DNA of 26,059 nucleotides. Origin: Vitrella brassicaformis CCMP3155 (Eukaryota > Protista > Chromerida). Of this stretch, positions 19,554-26,059 are shown piece by piece. The first letter of the stretch is position 1; each line of letters begins with the position of its first letter. The notes beneath the pieces are model-generated. The model was not told the DNA's origin, ran no database searches, and worked only from the letters and a program-made list of their open reading frames with translations. The position numbers were made by a program, and so were the translations under genes. The DNA lies in the NCBI GenBank assembly GCA_001179505.1, contig CDMY01000736.1:1-26059 (forward strand). The letters run 5' to 3'.

Positions 19554-21144
19554 TACGTGTTCATGTATGTGTTCGTATTCGTGTATGTGTGCGTGTTCGT
19601 GCATGTGCGTGTATGTGCTTACGTGTCATGAGGGAGTGAGCACACTCAGGAGATGACAGTGGCAGCCACATCAACCCACACGTGCAGTCGGATAGAGGCT
19701 GTCCGACTGTGGCCACGATGGAGATTCGGTGTACCAGCCATGTCAGTCAGCACGATGGAAGACGGGAAGAGAAGAAGGGCGGCACGCCTTGGGGGTCGTC
19801 GGTGATCTGACGCGCGATTTCACACCAACTCGTCTCGGTGCTGGAGCCGCGTCCGCTGCTGGGATGCTACTTCGCCTCGGTAGCATATCGGTCGCCCAGC
19901 CATCCCGTTGATCACCTCCCCTTGGTGCTGTATCGCTTGGACGCTCTGTCCTTGACGCCATTGCGTTAGACAGGCTTGTTGGCACTGTGAATCCCAGCTC
20001 CGAAGAGCCCTGAAACAGCACACGTACAGACAGAGGGCAATTTGAGCGTACAGATCTCCTGATAGTGAATGTGATTGGTGGTGCTCACCATGTGTGTGGT
20101 TGTTCTGGTGGCGATGCGATGATGCTGGAAGGTGAAGGCGGGACGCCCACGACCATCACCGGTGATGAGGACGCGCATCACAAGGAGGAGCAGAGGAGAA
20201 GAGGAGCCGAGGCAAGGGGGAGCCAGCCACCCGAACATCTAGGGGACTTACTCACTATACGTCATAGAAACACAACGACAAGAAGTCGGAGGCCATCGCC
20301 TTGCCTGAACAGCAGAGTCGCCATCGTGTTTTTGCATGATGAGGGGTAGTGAGTGACCACAATGGGTTTCTGTGAGGCTACGTAGCTGAGGGGATATCAT
20401 CAGAAGGCGAATGTGGAAGCTGAGTGAGCTAATCCCGCACGGGACCACATTTTCTCCTCTACGAGGTTTTTTCAAGCTTGAAAAAGGCCGAGGACACCTC
20501 CGCCCCATCAGCCCGGTCCGGATGAGGTGCGATTTGCAGTGAAGCACGATGGGGAGCACACCAGCTGTACCAGCGACCGCTGTTTCCGTGGGCAGCAGAC
20601 GCCGCAGGGGTAGAAGAAGGTTCAGGCGGTGGAGGCTACAGCAGTGCCTTCCCAGAGACGGATGGAAAACGTCTACGGTGAGGTAAAATGTAAGGAGGTG
20701 AGACGGGCAAAACGACGGGCACTCGGGGTCACATGTGCACACGCATGGTGAAGCTCAGGCATGCCCTGGCCACTCCGAGTACGTCTTCAAGCCAGTGAAT
20801 ACGTGCTGCACGCGAGACGGCGGATGGGGGCCAGGACCTTGTGGGCGGCTCCACGGGGGAAACGACATGACACGACACGACACGGACACAGAGCACAGAG
20901 AGACGCGTGCACGCACCCCCATAGACACCAACCTGACACACCACACCGCTCGCAGCCCGGCGGGTATCAAGTAGGGCGCCGGCGACTTTTTTCCCCCTCG
21001 CTTGTAAAATACGGGGCATGTGAAATCCAGGAGTAGCCAAGGGAAACCTTGGTGAGCCGGACTCGCCGCCCTGGTCGCTGCAAGGTGTCTTGCAGTGCTG
21101 CTAGTCTCGTCCGAATGAATGCCCTGTGTGTTCATGAGGACGCC

Positions 21145-21163
21145 GAATGAATGAATGAATGAA
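21145..21163 (+). repeat. (GAAT)4 microsatellite
   Basis: GAATGAATGAATGAATGAA. Confidence 0.8.
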
Positions 21164-22047
21164 CTACAGTGTTAACAAACAGCCGGGAGAGGAGCTACAG
21201 AAAACAACAAATCCCGGGCCCGCTAGCACACTCACGAGGTGCTGCGAACGTCATGTAGCTGTGACGCGAGTGATGACACACACGAATGACAGCTTCGTCA
21301 GGGTGCCAGGACTCCCACGCCTGAGAGGAAGACGCGCTGCACAGCAGCCGGTCCTGCATCCATGTGACGTCAATACACAAACGAATGGTCAGTGGTGGGT
21401 TGGGCCATTCGGATGGCGAAGCGGAGGAAGGAGTTTTTGTCACTGTCTGTGGGTTTGTTCCTTCTGACCGAGAGATGGATCATGTGTCATATTCATGCGC
21501 CTTTCACACCCTGCAGTCGACAATGGTGCTGTTCGGAGCCGGCACATGAAGGAAGGGAATGCTACAGGGTGGCATGAAATTCGCACCCGATCGTCCGTTA
21601 CGCTCTGCACGTGTGTCAACGGCTGGTGAGTGACGGACAGTCAGCATGTGCGCACATACCAAAAGCAACCATTGAACCGTAACAAATATGTCTGCCGCTA
21701 CTACTGCCACGCACACGCAGGACACGATGAGTCACCATGAATCCACCCACGTGCATGTAAGCATGCATCCCATCCATTCCATGGAGAGCTCCCTCGCCAA
21801 GCGAGGGCAAGAGTGGACATAGAGTACCGCCCACAGAGGCGTGTCGGTGACCGCCGCCGAGAAGAAGAGAGAGCCACCAAAGAGCAAGACGAACAGACCA
21901 ACAGACCCGAAGACCCACCAGCCGGCCGCCGAGAAGAAGAGAGATGCCGAGCACACGGGCGAAGACGAGGAGGTACGCCCATCCATCCCCGCACCCACGC
22001 ACCCACCCATCTCACATCCCTCCCCCCCATGCATCCGTCGCGCCCGC

Positions 22048-23887
22048 TCAGCCCGGCAATGGGTTCGTGGCCCAGATTGAGCGCATCCGCGAGGGCTCAT
22101 CCGCCGGGTTATCCTCAGAAGGCACCCAGGTTGAGATCCAGTATGTGTCGGTCGCCAGCGCCACCGCACCAATGCGCCTCATCTGCAACAGCATCTTTGG
22201 CGGTGACGAGCGGCCCTTGCCGACCGCCCGCTCCACCGCCTGGTTGTCAATTGCGATGAGGACGCGGTGGTGGAAGCGGGACCTTGCTCTCGCCCACCAC
22301 CTGGTGCAGATAGCCGCCGCCCGGACCTCCAGATGGGTGATGTGGTCGTCGTATCTCCAGCGGCCCCGTGCAGCCACCTTCCAGCGCAGGGTGCGCCAGA
22401 GTGGCCGTTCAAGTGGCACCTCATCATCATGGCGACGGGCACGCGGCTCAGCAGGTCCGTGGTCGACGGCTGACGCACCAGATGGGTCGATGGGTGAGGG
22501 AGAGGGAGCGGCGAGAGTCTTGTCAACAGCAGCTTGGGCGGCGGGCAGGGGGGCCACCGCATACGCCACGCCAAAGCCCCCCTCGGACGCACCACATGCC
22601 ATGATCGTCGCCGCGAGCGGCGCTCGAATGTTGGTCAGCAGGAGGGGCGCCAATCGACAGGCCGTCACCAGCTCCCCACACACCCGTGGCCACAAGTATG
22701 ACCACTTGCGGTCGAGCTTTCGGCAGAACTCGTAGCAGCGGGCGAAGATGGCCAACGCCGGGCGTCTTGCCATCATAAACCACGTCCAGTGGCCCAGCAG
22801 CTGCTGCAGCATCCGCCCAGATGCCCGTCCCCGCCGCAGCACAGCCCTTGTCGCTCCAACGAGGCGCTTCACCTTGCCCACATTGGCTGCCACGACTCCT
22901 CTGTCACCATCGACCACCAATCCCAGCGCTGTCGTCATCGTGGATGCCGGCTCGACCTTCTCCTCCTTCACCGGAAAGCCCTCTCCATCGTAGGCCACTC
23001 TCGCCCCCCCCATCCGCTGGTCGACCCGCCGCCGCAACGCAGGCTCCTCGACACGCTGTCCGATCGCCCACCAGAGACTCTCGTGCATGGTCAGCGTGCG
23101 GCGCCACAGTCGACGGTGCGAGTCGGGTGTGGATAGAGGAGACGCCGTGCTTCTCCAGTATGTGCTCATGTACTGCCTGCGCCAGATACACGGCATGCGA
23201 GAAACCCATTGGGAGGGTGCGGCAGGCGGGGAAGAGCCGGCCGCTGGCGGGTAGCTGCAGAGCGGCCCGATCAGCCTCAGACAGGTCGAGCGACTGCACA
23301 TCCACCGCCGGCAGGCCGAAGTAGTCAGACATCCACAGGGGTATCCGGATCTGGTGATAATAGTTTGACAGGTCCATCTTGCCCATCACCAGGACCTCCC
23401 CGTCCGCTAGTGTGAGGTTGCAGAAGTCGGCCGCGTTGGGGAGGCTCACGTGAGGGGAGGGAAGGAAGGCGGCGTTGCCTCGCCGCAGGTCGACGATCAA
23501 ACGGATGGACGAGCCCAACTCCTTCCAGACACCGAACACCCCATTGACAGCTCGCACCTCCGGCCGCAGATCCACCATGCCGTTCTTGACCATCCGGGAC
23601 ACAAGCGCCAGGTACTGTCTGCGCGGCACACCAACAAACTGGGGCCGCACCTCACTGCCGATCCTTGCGATAAACTCAGGCTGCAGCAGAAAGGGGGAGG
23701 GGGCAGCATAGCGCTCACGCAGAGAGGCGGGCAAGACACCCAATAACTCCACGCAGCCCGCAGCGCTAGGCAATGACACCTTCTGCTGGTCGAACGCCCT
23801 TCGGGGCACAACATTGCCCATCCCCGTATCGTTAGCGTAGTCCGTCACACCTAGACCCAGCACCGCAAGGAGGTCGTCCCTCTCCCC
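22048..23887 (-). mobile_element. DIRS-like (tyrosine-recombinase retrotransposon class) RT-RNase H, frameshifted at about 23050
   Basis: RT: VSLP, NGVFGVWK, RLIVDLR..N, DLSNYYHQI, LPMGFSHAVYLAQ, LGLVVD, LLGHWTW. RNase H: ACGASEGGFG (DAS mutated), HITHLE, DNQAV...KGRSS, WVPSEDNPADEPSR. These are DIRS-class signatures. Confidence 0.85.
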
Positions 23888-23917
23888 TCAGGCCACACAC
23901 CAGCCCCGCTGCGGGGC

Positions 23918-24308
23918 TGTAAGGTGGCTGGCTGGACCTGGGTTCTGAGTGTGCGTGTCATGTTGCATGTCTCGCGCTTGTTTGCAGTGTGCGACATGTT
24001 TTCGCAGTCAACGAGCGCTGTCCATTGTTTCTGCATGTATTCTTTCGCTTCATTTGCTTGACACGAACTGATGCTTAGACGAACTTCGTCGCCCGTTTCA
24101 TGCATCTACTTAACCATAGAGTCATTGACGGATGATCCCACGACACCACTAGACACAGATGGCTGTATTGTTGCTGCCTGCCCCTTTGGCGCACATACGC
24201 GGGTCCCCCATCCAGAGGCTTGAGGTTTTGAGTCTGTCTGACTCCCTCTGCGAGGACGCGCTGGCCGGCTTGACGGGATCACAGGCCCCCAGACGCCCCC
24301 TCCTCACA
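23918..24308 (+). repeat. Candidate 5' LTR of a second gypsy-like element (391 bp)
   Basis: TGTAAGG...CCTCACA is a 6/7 inverted match, ending 4 nt before a PBS. The left end is tentative. Confidence 0.45.
23989..24101 (+). repeat. Dispersed 112-bp repeat, copy 2
   Basis: About 85% identical to 6483-6594. Confidence 0.9.
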
Positions 24309-24312
24309 GATT

Positions 24313-24330
24313 TGGTGCATCTGCCGTGAA
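24313..24330 (+). promoter_or_regulatory. Primer binding site identical to 11313-11330
   Basis: TGGTGCATCTGCCGTGAA. Confidence 0.75.
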
Positions 24331-24385
24331 CACAATCCTTTGTCGTCTTTTGTGTTGTCTGTGTTGCCTCTTGTGTTGCAGGTGA

Positions 24386-25810
24386 GTGGCTGTGGGTGAA
24401 TGCGAAGGAGCTCTCGTGCTCGGCTTCGACAGCGAGCACGTTCTCAGCCTCGTGACCCCCAAGGACGCTTCCGCCCATCGGGACGCGTTCGTCGGTCCAC
24501 GAGTTGCACATCTGGTTGGGAGCTTCGAGCACTTTGACATCCACACACCGGCTGTCTCTCGCTCGTCCTCTGAGCCCCCACCGCACATCTCGCCCATCAC
24601 TGAAGAGCTTGGCGAAGGAGACGCTGCACAGCGAACGCCACGCCCGCCTTCGGTGAAGGAGGGGAGGCCACCATCTCTTGGCCCTTCTCCTGCCCCTGTC
24701 TCTGTTCGTTTCTGGCGGACACTGGCCCATCGGGCTGAGCTCGGTGTGGCTACTCCAGTTGTGGCTGAGGACGCTGCATCGCAGACCTCTACCATGTACG
24801 GGTATGGCGATAGAGTCGATGATGTCGGCCCCCACGACGCTGCTCCTCAGGAGCGCGGTGGGGATGACTGGCGAGTCCGCGAGCAGCTGCGCGAACAGCG
24901 CGAGCGCCGCAGAGAGAGACGCGAGGAGGAACGGGACTATCGCGCGCGCCAGAATGAGCTGCAGCGCGTTGCCCGTGAGGGTCGGGATCGCCTGAAAGCG
25001 CAGCTTGGCTCTCTGGATGATGAAGCCACGCGCCTTTCGGTGACCAAGTGGCTGCTGCGATTTATCGATCGCTCCACAGCCATCCCCGGCATCACGAACC
25101 AAGACAAGTTCATGGTTCTGGGTGAGTGCCTTAAGGGCAAGCACGTGGTTGCATACGACCAGTATGTGAGGAGTGCTGAGAATATTCCTCAGGGGGGTGA
25201 CCCTGTGGATGAGGCTGAGGCCTGGTACGAGAGTGCTGTCAGCAACATCCTCAAGGATGTCCGTGGCCGCAGCGGAGTCAACGAGACATACGCGCGCCAC
25301 GTTCGCACCGAGCGGCTCGGCTGTCCCTCCTATATGAGAGACAGGGCTGACCTGCGCGAGAAGCTGGCGGCATTTGATGATGACCTCGAGGTCGCTCAGA
25401 TGCATGGCGGCGAGTTGGGTGAGACAGAGAAGGTGGACAAGTTGCTGAACCTCCTCCCTGAGGAGGCCAAGCATTTTGTCACTCAGACTCTACTCCAGCG
25501 CTACCGGCAGGCGCAGACCACGGCTGAGATGATATAGGCCTGGAGCCCGAGAATGTCGCCATGGAGAGGTTATACACTCTCGCTGCTGCCAAGAAGTGCT
25601 TGGCGGATTTGGAGTACTCACTCAATGTGGTGCCTGAGGAGGAGGACCCCAAGGCTGCCCGCAAGGGCGCCACCATCACCACTGATGACCTAGCCGATGG
25701 TCTGGCGAAGAAATTGTCCGTGCAGCTGCTGGACACCGCCAGGATCTCGTCTGTGCGCGCTGATGAGCAGCAGCCAGGGACGAGAGGGCGGCCCAGGGCG
25801 CGATCCCTCG
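24386..25810 (+). pseudogene. gag-like ORF of a second LTR retrotransposon, frameshifted at about 25528 and 3'-truncated
   Basis: Follows the PBS. Pro-rich N-terminus, R/E coiled coil, then helical capsid-like region (KWLLRFID...DKFMVLGECLKG; EKVDKLLNLLPEE). Continues in another frame (DDIGLEPENVAMERL) until interrupted. First in-frame ATG at 24794. Confidence 0.65.
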
Positions 25811-25819
25811 ATGAGGGCT

Positions 25820-26059
25820 GCTGCCTTCATGCACGTCAGTGTGTGAGAGGTCGATTGGGCTACTTGTGCCATCATTGACATGCGCCAGTGCGCCTTGTTC
25901 ATGTGGTGCCTCCTCTATGGCTGAGACACCAGCTACATTTGCGTGTGAGGCCTCCTTGGTGGGTCGAATCACTTCACGTGATGGCTCACTCACACGTGTC
26001 CTTTGCTTCCTCGGCTTAGCCGCCTTGGTGATCGGCTTCGCCGCATGTGCAGGAGAGGA
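25820..26059 (-). mobile_element. Inverted second copy of the gypsy gag 5' region (11418-11657), continuing beyond the window
   Basis: The reverse complement is nearly identical to 11418-11657; both encode SEPSREVIRPTKEASHANVAG...DVHEGS. Confidence 0.95.

Noticed and set aside
11121-19580. Paired LTRs for the gypsy element (TGTATGTGT.CGTATT at 11121 and 19564)
   Set aside because: Only about 16 bp of low-complexity similarity that does not extend.
20468-20485. 18-bp perfect palindrome TTTTTCAAGCTTGAAAAA
   Set aside because: Isolated and largely homopolymeric, with no context.
19640-20760. Possible host gene fragments
   Set aside because: Some protein-like stretches and splice-like signals, but no consistent frame or motif I can support.
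24149-25474. 441-aa minus-strand ORF
   Set aside because: Antisense shadow of the gag-like ORF, with no recognisable motif.

Overview
Eukaryotic, GC-rich and mostly transposon-derived. Short GTGAG...TGTCAG introns and the TE repertoire suggest an alveolate alga such as the chromerid Vitrella; this is inference, not a database match. Left to right: a CRE-type non-LTR fragment, a copia RNase H tail with PPT and LTR, a broken membrane-protein gene, and a 5'-truncated copia element whose RT-RNase H linker carries an unusual CxxC-x31-CxxC insert. Next come a CRE-type restriction-like endonuclease remnant, a frameshifted orphan gene, and the one apparently intact host gene: a spliced, circularly permuted (Fibrobacter-type) GH16 beta-glucanase. 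A non-coding repeat block follows, with two loxP/circle-junction-like sites (13-bp inverted arms, variable 6-7 bp spacer). Then a decayed chromodomain Ty3/gypsy element with a -1 frameshift signal, a DIRS-like RT-RNase H with no visible recombinase, a second gypsy-like 5' end with an identical PBS, and an inverted copy of the first gypsy gag. There are two 300-N gaps; the 684-bp duplication around the second is probably an assembly artefact. All family assignments come from motif recognition by eye; no searches were run.
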